Shown here: positions 1 through 12,741 of the stretch, piece by piece
How the letters are laid out: the number at the start of each line of letters is the position of its first letter
How positions within the stretch are numbered: the stretch's first letter is position 1
Source: Peribolospora baueri
Lineage: Eukaryota
Length of the DNA stretch: 50,026 nt
Direction of reading: 5' to 3'
Assembly: GCA_029717555.1 (NCBI GenBank)
Contig: JAMDHS010000071.1
Location: 62,001-112,026, forward strand
Translations under genes and position numbers: made by a program
Notes under the pieces: model-generated
Databases searched by the model: none
What the model saw: only the letters and a program-made list of their open reading frames with translations
Told to the model about the DNA's origin: nothing

Positions 1-1338
1 ACGCTAGGGTAGCCCATCTCTCCCTTTTTGACAAGGAGCGCGAGGTTGACGGCGCGGGAGCAGGCGTCGCCGGCGGCCCAGGACTTGCGCGAGCCGGCGT
101 TAGGGGCGTGGCGGTAGGTGCGGAGAGACTGGCCGTCGACCCAGGCCTGCGAGATGGCGTCGATGGTCTGCTCCTTGGTCAGGCCGCTGGAGGGTGGAGA
201 CGATCGGGCGGGCGGCACCGAGTCGCGTGAGCGGAGGAAAGAACGCCTTCGGCGAACAAACGGCAGGCAGCGCCGGGCGGGCGCCACTCACAGCATCTTG
301 GAAACGACGGCAGTGCTAGCGACCTTGACGAGCACGACGTGGTCGAGGCCGACACGGTTGAAACTGTTCTCGAGCGCGATGCAGCCCTGAATCTCGTGAG
401 CCTTGATCGAGGCCGTGAGGACGTCGTGGACGGTCAAGGGGGCCTTGCCCTCGGCAATGGCCGTGCGCGAGAGCCAGTCGGCCACGGCGAGGATGGAGCC
501 GAGGTTGTCGGAGGGGTGGCCCCACTGGAGGCGGTGAAGGGGACAAGAAGCGATATGGAGGCGGTGAAGGGGACAAGAAGCGATATGAGTTGGCTACTTG
601 ACGGAGATGAGTTTATCTGGCCACACGGCAGAAAGGCACCAACCTCAGCGGCGAGCCAAGTGTCGTTGTAGTCAAGCCACCTGATCAGGGCACCGTTGTT
701 GAACGCAGCGCGGATAGGATCGAGCTGGTAGGGCTGTAGGCACACACGAGAGGGTCATGGGAATAAGGCATTCGCTTCGTGTTTTGCCCACGACAGTAGA
801 TGGGCGGCTCACCGTACCGGGAACCTGTGACGAACGTAGGGAAGGCAATCAGCTTGATGGACGTCTACCTCGAGCGCCTCCACCTCTTTCTCACCTTGGC
901 ACCGTTAGGCACGACAGTGCCTTCGACGACGGGCCCGACAATCTTCCTCGGCGCCTCAAACTTAAGCGCTTCCATGGCGCAGCCGAGCGAGTCCATGAGG
1001 ACGAGGCGGGCGGTCTGGTACGCCTCGTCGGAGAGGGCGCTGTCGGGCTGGAAGACGTAGTCGGCAATGTCGACCATCACCTGGTCGGGCGGAGGACGTT
1101 CGTTCTTCTCGCCCTTTGCATCGTGCTGGACGGCAGCCATGGCGGAGGTGCGAGTGGTGGAAAAGGGGCGAAGAGTGCGAGAGAGAGGAGGGACGGCGGG
1201 GGACCGGGCGGGGGCGACGGCGGAGAGAACGGTGGGCCGCGGGGCGAGAGCGAAGGCTGAAAGGGTACGAGCGCGGGCGGTGAAGGAGAGGGGAGCTGAG
1301 AGGGACGAGGGGTGGACGTTGATGGGCAACCTGGGCAT
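1..1338 (-). CDS. PDH1: 2-methylcitrate dehydratase (MmgE/PrpD family), mitochondrial; 3' end lies outside the window
   Basis: Exons 1338-895, 824-813, 733-644, 524-292 and 186-<1 splice in frame at GT-AG sites. Motifs: [64 protein letters not shown]. The R/S/A-rich N-terminus resembles a mitochondrial presequence. Confidence 0.96.
526..585. repeat. Perfect 30-bp tandem duplication inside a PrpD intron
   Basis: TGGAGGCGGTGAAGGGGACAAGAAGCGATA occurs at 526-555 and again at 556-585. Confidence 0.95.
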
Positions 1339-1780
1339 CTTGGAGGACGGAAGAGGAGTGAGCGTCCGGAAGAGGAAGGGGTAAAGACGAGCGCACGATG
1401 AGCACGCATTCCTTCTTTCATCCTCTTCTTCTACCCTCGCACCTACCGACCAGCAGACAGACGGCGAAATGCACGTCCGTTGTTCGCTCGTCGCTCACCT
1501 TGTCTAACAATGCGAAGCGATGCTCGGAAGCGAGGGGCCTTTGGCGGTTGGCGTATTGGTGGAAGAGAGGAAGAAGAAGGGCCTTTTAAGACCTTGTCTG
1601 TCTTTCTGTCTGTCGCTGGCTCGCGAAGCTTGTGACGGCTGCCGCAGCACTCCGGGAATAGCCGGCCCGGGCCCCCTCCTTCTCCCCACAGTGACTGGCT
1701 CCCCCGCGCGAAGAGCCGGCAATGGACAGACGGGGGGAGCTCACATCACGACAGACAGGGACACGGCTTGATATGATAGG

Positions 1781-1825
1781 ACATGACATGACATGACATG
1801 ACATGACATGACATGACATGACATG
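1781..1825. repeat. (ACATG)9 microsatellite
   Basis: Read directly from the sequence. Confidence 0.95.
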
Positions 1826-1959
1826 TCATGAATTGGAAACGACAGGACAGGACAGGGCATAACATAACAGGATCGGATCTGGGCGCTTTTTGGACAAACA
1901 CATGCGCGCCTCCATCCCCCATCCCCCATCCCCCCACCGAATGGACCACTCCAGCACGG

Positions 1960-4900
1960 TTACGCCGCAGCAACTCTCCTCCCCAGTCCCTGGAAGTTGT
2001 CCCTCCTCGCGCCCCTGCCGCCGCGGTAACCGCCGCGTCCGCCGGTCCTCTGCCTGCGCTGAGCATCCGCGCCTCCCCTCCCCTCGCCCGCCTTGCCTTC
2101 GCCACCCCGCCCGCCAGCGCCCTCGCGTCCTCCCTCCCTGTCCCCTCGTCCTCCGCCCGCAGAACCAAAGGGCCCGTCGCCGAGCTTGGCGTCCAACGCC
2201 CGCTCGTTCTGCTCCACCAGCATGGCCGCCTTGTCAGCCAGCGTCTGGGCCAGCTGCTGCACCTTGCTCAGCTCGTGTCGGTGGAGGACGACGACCTCGT
2301 GCGTTTGGTCCAGCGACGCGGCCAGCTCCTCGAACCAGATCATCTTCGACACGATCGACACCACCGCTTGTTGCGGCAGCGCGAACGTGGAGGCGAGGTG
2401 GGAGAAGGAGACGGTGCTGTAGTAGTTCGAGTAGGCGAACAGGTACGTCCGAAGCCCTTCTTCTTGGATTTTCCTGTCATCCAAGCGCGGCGAAAGCGTT
2501 AGACCAACGACGCAGGCAGGCAAGCGATCTACGACGATAGCCGAACTGCGCCGAACAGAGCCCTCACCTTTTCAGCACCTCCTTAATGTCCTTCTCGCCA
2601 GGCATGAGCTTCCAGATCTTGATGTCCTCAATCAGCTGCTGGCACCGCCGCCAGTCACCCATCTGCAGAGCGCGGCTGGCCTGCATGATGTGGTCGCGCG
2701 TCGTCTCCGGGGGCCCGGTGAAGACCTGTCGGTCGGTGTAGTCGAGCATCCTACGGAATGGCCTCGAGATCACCTTTTTGCGCAGCTCCGGGTCGTTCCC
2801 CGCCGCCGCCATGTGCGGGATCTCGAGGAGCATCGAGCTCACCAGGTAGGCCGCCTCGAGAAGCTCGATGTTGATGTGCATGTGGAACGGCAATTGACGC
2901 TGGCGCTCCAGCTTCTCCTGCTCTGGCGTCAGCGCCGGGTACTGGTGGCTCTGCTTCTGCAGACCCTGGCCGAGGAGCTCCCTGACGCGCCCCGTGGTGA
3001 AGATGTCCAACAGCGCCGCCTGACACTCGCGAGTGTAGCCGAGGCGGAAGGCAGCCAGACCAAGCTGGACGACGACGCGGTTGTACAACATCTGCATCGT
3101 GGGGTCGGCGTTGTGGATGGACTCTTGAAGATGGGACATGAGCAAAAGGTCGCGGGCGCCGTGGTAGTTGTTGTGCAGCGAGTGGTGGTAGATCTGGCAG
3201 AGCATGGCGTTGGTACGTAGGCGGGACGAGTACGTCTGCGGGTATAGCGCGAGGCAGAGCGAGTGCATGAGCGCCGTTGACGGCAGCGCCGGCGTTCCAT
3301 CGACGGCCGTCGACGAGGTGGCGGTGATGGAAGACTTGACGTCGGGCAAGGCGGCAGCGGTGGACTGTTCCAGGGCCTGAGTGATCGCGTCGGGCTGTTT
3401 GGGAATACGAGAGGCAGGCCGTTCAGAGTTATGAAACGAAAAAGCCAACGGGCCAGAGCGGACGAGGCAGGCGACGCACCTTGGAGTAAATGTGCTCGAT
3501 CCTGCGCATCAGCACGCGGTACATCGCCTCTTTCTGGTCCGTGACCTCAAAGTAAGTCTGAGCGCGAACGATGGTGTGGTAGAGCGCCTTCTCGTCGCTG
3601 AGGCGTTCGATGTACTCGGTCGAGTGAGGGTCGATGTTTTGGAGCGACTTGGTGAACTCGTCGTCCAGGCGCTCGACGAAGGAGATGATACTGCCGCGTA
3701 CTTTGACCATATCGCCCTCTCCGTTTTGGCCGGGCACGCGATCCTCCAGCTCGTCGTAGTCCTCCGTCTCCTCCATGACGATGTATCCGCGCTCGGAGTT
3801 GAGGAGCTGAACGAGGTCGTTGATCTCTTCTCGAGCCTTGGACCACATTTCGATGGGCAAGTAGGCGGTCATCGAAGGGTTGTAGTCGAAGCGCGCCGAG
3901 ACGAGCGCGAGCAGGACGCGGATGCGCTGATAAGGCGTCGCGGCCACCGCGAGCAGCTTGCTGAGCACCAATAGCTGCTCAGTACGGTCAGTGTTCTGAG
4001 AAGCACCGGAGACGGGAAGGAGTTAGTCTCGAACTAGTGACGTGACGGACGCCTTGAGCCACGGCGTCAGTGCTCTAAAACGATCGTCGAATCGTTCTCA
4101 CCTTCCTGCCCCTCGCCTCGAGAATGGCCTGCAAGTTCTTGAAGAGACCCTCGGTGGTAAAGACCATGGCCTTTCCTCCCTTGCCGACCGTCTGGAAGTC
4201 CTCATCGTCCTCCTCGCCCTCTCCCTCGGCAGCGGCGAGAGCGGCCTTCCTCTTCTCCTTCTTCGACGCGGCAGCAGCGGCAGCCTCCGCTTCGGCGGCG
4301 GGAATGGCGGCAGCTTCGCGCTCAAACGCCTCGGGGTCCTGTGCGAGCGAGAGAAGGCGAATAGGAAACGGATGAGGAATCGGAGGGGGTCGGAAGACGG
4401 ATGGGGGACCGGTCCACTCACCTTCTTGTACTTCTCGACGGCGTCCTCGTAGGACTTGGCCGTCTTCTTGAGCTTCTGCTTCATCGTGTTCATCGCCTTG
4501 GCGTTGGGAGCCTTCATCTTCTTCTTGCTGTCCTTCTCCTTGACGACGGATGCGGTAAGGAAGTCCTCGAGCTGGACCAGAGCCTTGAGCCAGACGACGG
4601 GGACAGGCTCGGCCACATTGGTGTGACGCTGAACGAGTCGGGCAAGTTGGTCAAAATCTGGGGGGGAAGAAAAAAACGAGAGCAAGGCATGAGGGTGATG
4701 CGCCGCTGACAGGCGGCGACGGCGTTGGGGACGACGGCAAAAATCCGCACCTTTGGAGATCGCCACCCAGTCGTCAATCCGCTGAGCGTTTTCGATGGAC
4801 TTGACGGTGTTGACCATCTCATCGATGCGCTTGTCCTTGGCGGACTTGACGACCTTTCTCACGTCTTCGTCCGAGTCCTCGTCCGAGTCTCCCTCGCCGC

Positions 4901-5138
4901 GCATGAAGCGAGATCTCCTGGGCGCGGCAGCGGCCTGAGGGCGCGCGCCCTCGTCATCGCTCTCCTGGTCGGACTCTTCCTCAGCTTCGGAATCGCTTTC
5001 GTCGGAGCCTGCGGCGGCCTTCTTCTTCGGTGCCTTGGGGGCTGCTCCCTCGTCCTCCTCGCCCGAGGTGAGGAGCTCCTCTTCCTCGGACGACGACTCG
5101 CTCTCGGAGTCGCTGACGGAGCGGAAGAAACGGGACAT
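1960..5138 (-). CDS. NIP1: Eukaryotic translation initiation factor 3 subunit C
   Basis: Exons 5138-4751, 4657-4422, 4338-4102, 3995-3480, 3394-2568, 2473-1960. Acidic N-terminus MSRFF...SDSESESS; motifs VVKSAKDKR, ERLDDEFTKSLQNIDPH, QLPFHMHINIELLE; PCI region KIQEEGLRTYLF; RGG-rich tail. Confidence 0.97.
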
Positions 5139-5594
5139 GGTGGGTTGGGTTGGGGGTTTGAGAGCGGCGGGAGTTGGAAGTACGGCAAAGGGGTGGAGTT
5201 AGGCGGCAGGAAGGAAGGGGGATGCGATGAGCGACCTGACTCGTCCAGCGGGGGCGGTCAGACTGGGTTCTCGTCAGTCTCGAGTTGGGTCAGTCGCGCT
5301 CTTCTTGATTTGCTTCGCCATCGATTTTCCAAAAGCCAGAGCCGACGAGGGAGTGGCTGCGGTTTGCGCTGCGTGTGCGAGGCACGTGACGCGTGCGTGC
5401 GGGCGGCGTGCGCGAGTTGCCGGCCGAGGCGGCGGCCGTTCCCGGCGAATCGCGTAAGGTCGGGCGGGCGTCGGTGTCGAGGGAGAGGAAGCGAAGCGAT
5501 CAAAGGACGGCCGTCGTCAGCCAGTCAGTGAACAAACGCCAACCCACCCCATCGTCGCCTCTTCTCCCCTCCTCTTTCATCCCCTCCTTCCGCC

Positions 5595-6795
5595 ATGTTC
5601 TCCCGTTCCTTTGTCCAGGCTAGCCGCGTCGTGAGTGGAACAGACACGGACGTAGGAGGGAGCGGCGGTGCTTGCCCATTGACGCCGACGCCGACTCTCG
5701 TTTTCACCTTGCCCATTTCCTTTTCGTCTTGTCTGAGCAGGCGGCGCGCAGCTACGCCACCCAGGCGAGCACGGTCCAGGCTCCGCTGAAGCTGCACGGC
5801 CTTGCCGGCAAGTATGCGGCGTCGGCGTGGACGGCGGCGGCGAAGAAGGACGTCAAGCTGCTGGACAAGGTCGAGGCGGACCTCAAGGCCATCAACCAGG
5901 CGCTCATGGACCAGCAGAACCAAAAGATTCGCGATATCATCGAGAACCCCACGCTGAGCGCCAAGGCGAAGATCGCCGGCTTGCAAGAGATCTACAAGGT
6001 GGCCGCCAAGGGCCAGGTGACGGACATCACCAAGAGTGAGTGCGAGGATGGCCGGGGCGGGGTTTTCGACTGGACAGCAGCAGGGGCAGACGAGAAAGAG
6101 GAGAAGGGTTGGGAATAGAAGCATGAACGGGAAGAGGGGAATGGAGGGGAAGAGAAAAGATAGACGGGGACGGGAAGCAGAGGCGGAACAGATTAAGGGC
6201 TTTGGTTGTTTCGAGGCTCGTCGACAGACTGTCGGCTGACCATGCATTCTATCTTGTCCTCGTTCGCCATCCTTTTTTTGCACGTGTTCCCTCACCGGCC
6301 ACCGTAGACCTGTTCGAGGTGCTCGCCGAGAACGGCCGCCTGCACGACGCGCCCAAGGTGATTGAGGACTTTCTCCGCCTCCAGGGTGCCTACCGCGGCG
6401 AGGTCGAGGTGACCATTACTTCTGCCACGGTGAGTACGGTTTTTTGATGACGACGAAGTCGTCCTGGGACGGACGTCGCTGACGGTCGGACTTGGACAGC
6501 CTCTGGACAAGTCGCTGTCTTCGCGCCTGGAGAGCGCTTTGAAGCAGTCCAAGCTGGCGGCGGACAAGAAGCAGCTCAAGATCACGAACAAGGTGCAGCC
6601 GACGATCCTCGGCGGCATCGTCGTCGACTTTGGCGGCCAGACGATCGATCTCTCCGTCGCGAGCCGCGTGAACAAGCTCAACTCGCTGTTGCAGGGTGAG
6701 TAGGGAGGAGGGGGGCGAGGAGGAGGTGCGCTGACGACTGACTGTGTGCCGTTGTTTTGTTTTCCGCCGCTGGCCAACAAACAGAGTCTATCTAA
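5595..6795 (+). CDS. ATP5: Mitochondrial ATP synthase subunit OSCP (subunit 5)
   Basis: Exons 5595-5630, 5741-6035, 6308-6429, 6500-6695, 6785-6795. Motifs: PLKLHGLAGKYA, NLFEVLAENGRL, EVTITSA, NKVQPTILGGIVVDFG, TIDLSV. Confidence 0.96.
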
Positions 6796-7141
6796 ATTGT
6801 CCCCGGAACGCACGCACACTCACCCTCTTGCCGCTCGCTGCCCTGTGTGACGGAGGTGTATGTTACTTAGACAAGCCGTCGCTGTGCCGGTCGTTTGGTG
6901 TCTTCGAATGAAGCTAGCTTGAATTGTCCTTGTCGTTGCGTTCTTATCTCGATCATTGGGCTGGCCGTCATGGGTGGTGAAGGAGGATGCGACTGTCTGT
7001 CCACGTATCTGCCTGCTCCCTCTCACTCACCCAATCGCCCACCCTCCTTCCGGCCTTGCTCGATGTGTCTGTCTGTCTGTCCCACTGTGTGTCTGTCCGT
7101 CTCGTGGCATACACACGCAAGTCGCTGCTTACGTCCGTCGT

Positions 7142-7163
7142 CGCTCGCTCGCTCGCTCGCTCG
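7142..7163. repeat. (CGCT)n short tandem repeat, near short (GA)n and (GACTC)n tracts
   Basis: Read directly from the sequence. Confidence 0.8.
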
Positions 7164-7302
7164 CAAGCCCGCCGCGGGGCTCGATATGAGAGAGAGAGAG
7201 TGACTCGGTCCGACTGTGACTCGACTCGACTCGTCGCTGCTTGAGCCAACGCGCCCGACGTTCGCCTTTTCTTGCTTCCATCCGGAGCTTGAACTGGACT
7301 CG

Positions 7303-7616
7303 ACTACATTGCAATACACTACACTACAACACATACGCTATACTACAACACACTACAATACACTACACTACAACACAAACACCCTACACTACAACACAAC
7401 ACACTACACTACAATACACTACAATACACTACACTACAATACACTACAATACACTACACTACAATACACTACACTACAATACACTACACTACAACACAAA
7501 CACCCTACACTACAACACAACACACTACACTACAATACACTACAATACACTACACTACAATACACTACAATACACTACACTACAATACACTACAATACAC
7601 TACACTACAATACACT
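7303..7616. repeat. Compound pentamer satellite (ACACT/ACAAT/ACAAC) with a 121-bp higher-order duplication
   Basis: About 310 bp, almost without G on the + strand. The marker ACAAACACCCTAC recurs 121 bp apart (CCC at 7382 and 7503). Confidence 0.93.
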
Positions 7617-8006
7617 CGAGCCGGTGTTCGACCGCTGGAGTCACGTCGCACATCTTCGTCTTCCAAGCACAACCGCCACCACGGCCAACATCGACATCGA
7701 CGAGCCATTACTCCCTCCAACTTCTATCTGACAACGCCCACTCCTCCGCCACCTCTCACGCTCTCTCCGCCTCACAAGCGGCCCTAACCCTCCACCATGG
7801 CTCCCTCTCCCCCTCGTCTCGCCTCTTGAAAAGGCCCGGCCCTGCGTCGCACGCCCACCATGCACCTCCCTCTCCTCTCCTCTCCTCACAGCCGCTTTCC
7901 CCAACACCACCTCTACAAACACCTCACCCGCCAGCCCATCTTCGCGCGATCCCGATATCGCCGTTTTGTGTCCGCTTATCCATATCCTCTCACGCCCCTC
8001 CCACCC

Positions 8007-8465
8007 ATGCCCTTCGACCCCTCTTCCACCCGCCACGTCTCTTCGTCGTCCGCGGAGAGAGCAGCTGCTCGCTCCGTAGACGACGAAGATGCCATGCCAT
8101 TCGTGCACCCCTCCCGCCTCGCCACGCAGCCCGACCATCGCCCGTTCACCTTCTCCCAACACACCCGCCACTCCAACCCACAGGGCCCACCGCCTGCTTA
8201 CAGCCCGCGGCCATCCCCGGTCCCGCGCCAGGATGCTGGAGCACCGTACGAGCCCTCCTCGTCCGTCGCCGACCTTGACGTCACCGCCGGCCCCGCTTCC
8301 ACCGGCTCCCGCTCCGGCTTGCTAGGCTTCTTCAGGAATCCAAATCGCCCGCGCCTCCGGAGGCGAGGAGCGCACGACGAGACGGCGGAAGGAGTTCCGG
8401 GTATGAAGAAGACGACGACGGCGTCGCCCTCGTCCGCCGCCGACAAGGTCGAAAGGACAGCGTGA
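8007..8465 (+). CDS. Hypothetical low-complexity protein
   Basis: ATG-initiated ORF MPFDPSSTRH...PPPAYSPRP... in an otherwise empty interval. No family recognised. Confidence 0.3.
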   Translation: MPFDPSSTRHVSSSSAERAAARSVDDEDAMPFVHPSRLATQPDHRPFTFSQHTRHSNPQGPPPAYSPRPSPVPRQDAGAPYEPSSSVADLDVTAGPASTGSRSGLLGFFRNPNRPRLRRRGAHDETAEGVPGMKKTTTASPSSAADKVERTA

Positions 8466-9569
8466 TCATCGAGAGAACCGCCCCTCTCCTTCCGTTTCCC
8501 TCGTCCTCACTCTCTACTCCCATCTTCACCCTCATCGGGCCATCGAGCCGCCTTCGACCCACGTGCGCCCCGCTAGCAGTCCGACTTTCGCCTCCCATCG
8601 TCCATCCATGGTGACCTCCGCTTCCGCTGCCATCGAACCATCCGCTCGTGTCCGACACGAAGCAGGAGTGCCTTCCGACATTGCGGCCGCACCTTCGGAT
8701 GCGCGGGGAAGCGTAGCCCGACGCGGCTTGAGGGGCCCGCGAGGGCAGATATGGATGGGCCCGACGCTGGACGAGGAGGAAGAGTGAGTGGGGCGGTCGA
8801 CGAGACGGACGCCGGTCTTTGCCTTCTTCGTCTGCTCCTTCGGGTCCGAACTGAGGCGAGATGAGGTGCGGTGAGGTGAGATGAGACGAAAAGGCCCCAG
8901 ATGAAACGGCTGTGTTTATCTACCAGAAAGCAATGTCAGCGGATCGGCTTGGAGTGATCTGGCCTTGGGAAAGCCTTGACATGTTTCCAGGCCGGCCTGA
9001 CGTCCGTCATAGAGTCGCATGCAACCTCTTGACCGTCGTCGTGTGCTCTGCTGAATCGACCTGACACTAGCAAGGAGGGTAGAGAACAGGAAGGATTAGG
9101 AGTCAATCGCTGGACACCCCCCACCTCCATTTCCACTTGCTCTTCCTCGACGTGCAGACCGACCCTCTTGGAGGAGTCGGGAGAGATTGGAAGCAGCCCA
9201 TCGTGGGGAGGAGGGTCATGCTCTTGCCGCAGCAGTTGCTTTGGGCGCATGACGTCGGGGCGTGGGAAACACTGCGGCAAGTTCCGCTCCGGCTGCAGAA
9301 AGACTTTCGATCGAACGCTCCGAATTCTTCACACAGCCCGGCAGCTGACGGCAGATTAGAAGGACAAGAGTTGAGAGCCGACTTCGACTTCTCCGACGAA
9401 CGACGAACGAGCGCTTGCGTTTTTTCTTGCTTCCACCACCACCTACCCTCGTCAACGCCCGCCTGGCTCTGACCCCCATTCGCGCTGGCGCCACCTTGCC
9501 GCCGACGGCACTACTTTGCTCTTTCGCATCCCACCCCGACCCCGACGTACGAAAAACAGACGAACAACG

Positions 9570-12347
9570 ATGGCTCCCTCCGCGTCCAAGCAGAAGAGAC
9601 AGGCGTGAGTTTTCTTGGCCCCGTCAGACTGAGATGGGTGGCGAGGTCGTCGTGAAATACGGTGGTGGGTGGGCTGACTCCTCGCCCCCTTCCTACCTCA
9701 CAGCGAGAGGGCTGCTAAGACCGCGGCCAAGGTCTCTTCCAAGGGCACCGCCACCTCCGCCACCAGCTCGGCGAACGGTTCGAGCGTCAACACGCCTCTC
9801 ACTTCCGTCTCCGCCAACACGAGCACCGACGACCTGAACGCGATGGCAAAGCTCCGCATTGCCACCGACCGCTCCGCCAGTGGCGTCCTCAGTTCCGACC
9901 CGCAGAGCCGCGACATTCACATCGACAACTACACCATGTCTTTCCACGGACGCCTCCTCATCGACGGCGCAAATATCGAGCTGAACTACGGCCAAAGGTG
10001 AGTTTCTTCCGCGTTTGGCCGCGTTGGTGTCCATCTTCGACGCTCTGACCACGTTCCCTTTCTTTGTTCACGTCAGGTACGGTCTTCTCGGCGAGAACGG
10101 GTGTGGCAAGACGACCTTTTTGGACTCGCTCGCGGAACGTGACGTGGAAATCCCTCAGCACATCGATGTGAGTCAAGGTGAATTGCGAGGCCCCTGGAAG
10201 GGCTCAGACAGTTTTGTTTGACCAAACCGTCTTTCACTGTCTCTGCTAGATTTATCTCGTCAAGGGCGAGGCCGAACCGTCGGACGTCGACGCGCTCGAG
10301 TACATCATCGCCTCGGCCAAGGAGAAGGTCGCCCGCCTGGAAAAGGAGATTGAGGATATGTCCGTGGCGGACGAGATCGACGACCTCGCGCTCGAGGCCA
10401 AGTACGAAGAACTGGAGGAGATGGACCCTTCGACTTTTGAGGCCAAGGCCGGCTCCATCCTTCACGGTCTCGGCTTCTCTCAAGAGATGATGAAGAAGCC
10501 GACCAAGGACATGTCCGGTGGTTGGAGGATGCGCGTCTCGCTTGCTCGCGCCCTCTTCGTCAAGCCCCACCTGCTGCTCCTCGACGAGCCGACGAACCAC
10601 CTCGACTTGGAGGCTGTCGTCTGGCTCGAGGCTTATCTCTCCACCTACAACCACATCCTCGTCATCACTTCGCACTCCCAAGACTTTATGGACAACGTGA
10701 GTCCTTTAACGTCTACGGTGCTTCTTTGGTCTTGTTAGTGCTCTCGCTCACCCTCACCCTCACACACTGACTGGTCACCGCAGGTCTGCACCAACATCAT
10801 GGACATCACGTTGAAGAAGAAGATGCTCTACTACGGTGGTAACTACTCCACCTACGTGCGGACCAAGACGGAGAACGAGGTGAACCAGATGAAGGCGTAC
10901 CAGAAGCAGCAAGACGAAATTCGTGAGTGGACTCGATTCGATCGCAAGGACTCGTTGTCCCCCCTTCTTTTATTGACCGTCCCATCGACCGCCTCCCTCC
11001 AGAGCACATCAAAAAGTTCATCGCGTCTGCCGGTACGTACGCGAACCTGGTCAAACAAGCCAAGTCAAAGCAGAAGATCATCGACAAGATGGAGGCCGCC
11101 GGCTTGGTGGAGAAAGTGGAGCAACCCAAGCAGCTTCGCTTCCACTTCGAGGACGTGCGCAAGTTGCCGCCGCCGATTATCGCTTTCAACGATGTCGCGT
11201 TCAGCTACTCGGGCAAGAAGGAGGATTTCCTTTACAAGGACCTCAGCTTTGGTATCGAGTGAGTATTAGCCGCTAGCACCACCGTTCACCTTGTGTCGGT
11301 TAGGTAAGCCTGAGGCTCGTAGTCGGTGCGCTGACCCTGCACCCGATGTCTTCTTGTCGCCCCTTGCGTAGCATGGACTCTCGAGTAGCCATCGTCGGCC
11401 AGAACGGCACGGGCAAATCGACGCTGCTGAACCTGATCACCGGTGCTCTGACGCCGGTCGAAGGCTCGATCCAGCGCCACGCCGGCCTCAAGTTGGCTAA
11501 GTACTCGCAGCACTCTGCGGACCAGCTGCCGTACGACAAGTCTCCGATCGAGTATTTCCAATCCAAGTACGCGGCAAAGTTCCCGGAGAAGGACATACAG
11601 TTCTGGAGGCAACAGATCGGCCGCTTCGGTCTCTCGGGCTCGCACCAGACTAGCCCCATCTCTCAGCTCTCCGACGGTCTGCGCAACCGGGTCGTCTTCT
11701 CCCAGTTGGCGATGGAGCAGCCGCACGTCTTGCTTCTCGGTGCGTTTGCGGTCTGCTTTTGTGTCCGTCGTCTGCCGACCGTGGCCGTGGCTGTGAGCGT
11801 TGCGGGTATTCTTTTTTTGGGCACTGACCCGTCTTACGTCTTACTTGTTCATCATCCCTGCAGACGAGCCGACGAACCACTTGGACATGGGCTCTATCGA
11901 TGCGTTGGCCAACGCCATCAAGGACTTTGCGGGCGGCGTCGTGGTGAGTGGATCTCGTCCAGCGTCGCGCACCATCGCATTACACGCTGACCCCTGTTCC
12001 GTCCCTGCCGTCCCACGCACGCGCGACAGATCGTCTCGCACGACTTCCGACTCATTTCGCAGGTGGCCGAGGAGCTGTGGGAGGTCAAGGACCGCAAGAT
12101 CGTCAACTTGACCAAGCAGGACGTGGATATCACGACGTACAAGAAGAAGCTCGCTCAGAACTCGATGGCGGCCATCGAGAAGGTGCGTATTGGCCACAGT
12201 GTTGGTCGGTCGGTCGCTCGAGAGACGTGAGGCCGTGCGCAGGCGCCCGTGTCCCTGACGATAGAAGCTTTTTTTTTTGTTTTTTTCCCGCCTTCGCATC
12301 CACAGGCCAAGCTGGTCTCCAAGCGTTCCGGCAAAGGCATCGCCTGA
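9570..12347 (+). CDS. ARB1: ABC-F ATPase Arb1/ABCF2 (soluble, two nucleotide-binding domains)
   Basis: Starts [12 protein letters not shown] (exon 9570-9604). NBD1 motifs: [28 protein letters not shown]. Linker [26 protein letters not shown]2 motifs: [20 protein letters not shown]. Stop TGA at 12345-12347. About 10 exons. Confidence 0.97.
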
Positions 12348-12741
12348 ATCACTTTCGAATACCCTTCCTTACTTCGCTGTCCATCTCCCCAGTCCTCCTT
12401 CCCTGCCTCGCTAGCCTTCCCTAGCACAGACACCCCCTCGTCTGTTTCGCGCAGCCACCTGGCATGGCGCTACCGCATGTATCTCGATTCGGTCCCGGCT
12501 CCAAAATGCATCATAGACGTTTTTCATCTTTGTCGTCTCTCTGCCTTTTGTCCTTTTTTTCTTTCTTCCTTTCTTTAGCTTTTTTTTCGACTTGACCCCC
12601 AGGCGTCGTCCGCGGCGACTTTAGATTAAAAATACGAGGACAAGCATCCTTGTTCCACCATCTAAGAACGACACCCATTCCTCCACCGTGTCAAAAAAGG
12701 TGAAATGGGGGGAGGAGATATACCGGCGTGGGCCGTCTATT

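Noticed and set aside
526..585. 30-bp direct repeat as a CRISPR-like array
   Set aside because: Only two adjacent copies with no spacers, inside a eukaryotic intron.
1586..2168. ORFs with CHVMS repeats
   Set aside because: They are translations of the (ACATG)n microsatellite.
7216..8278. ORFs with YNTLH/TTLQY repeats
   Set aside because: They are translations of the pentamer satellite, which lacks stop codons.
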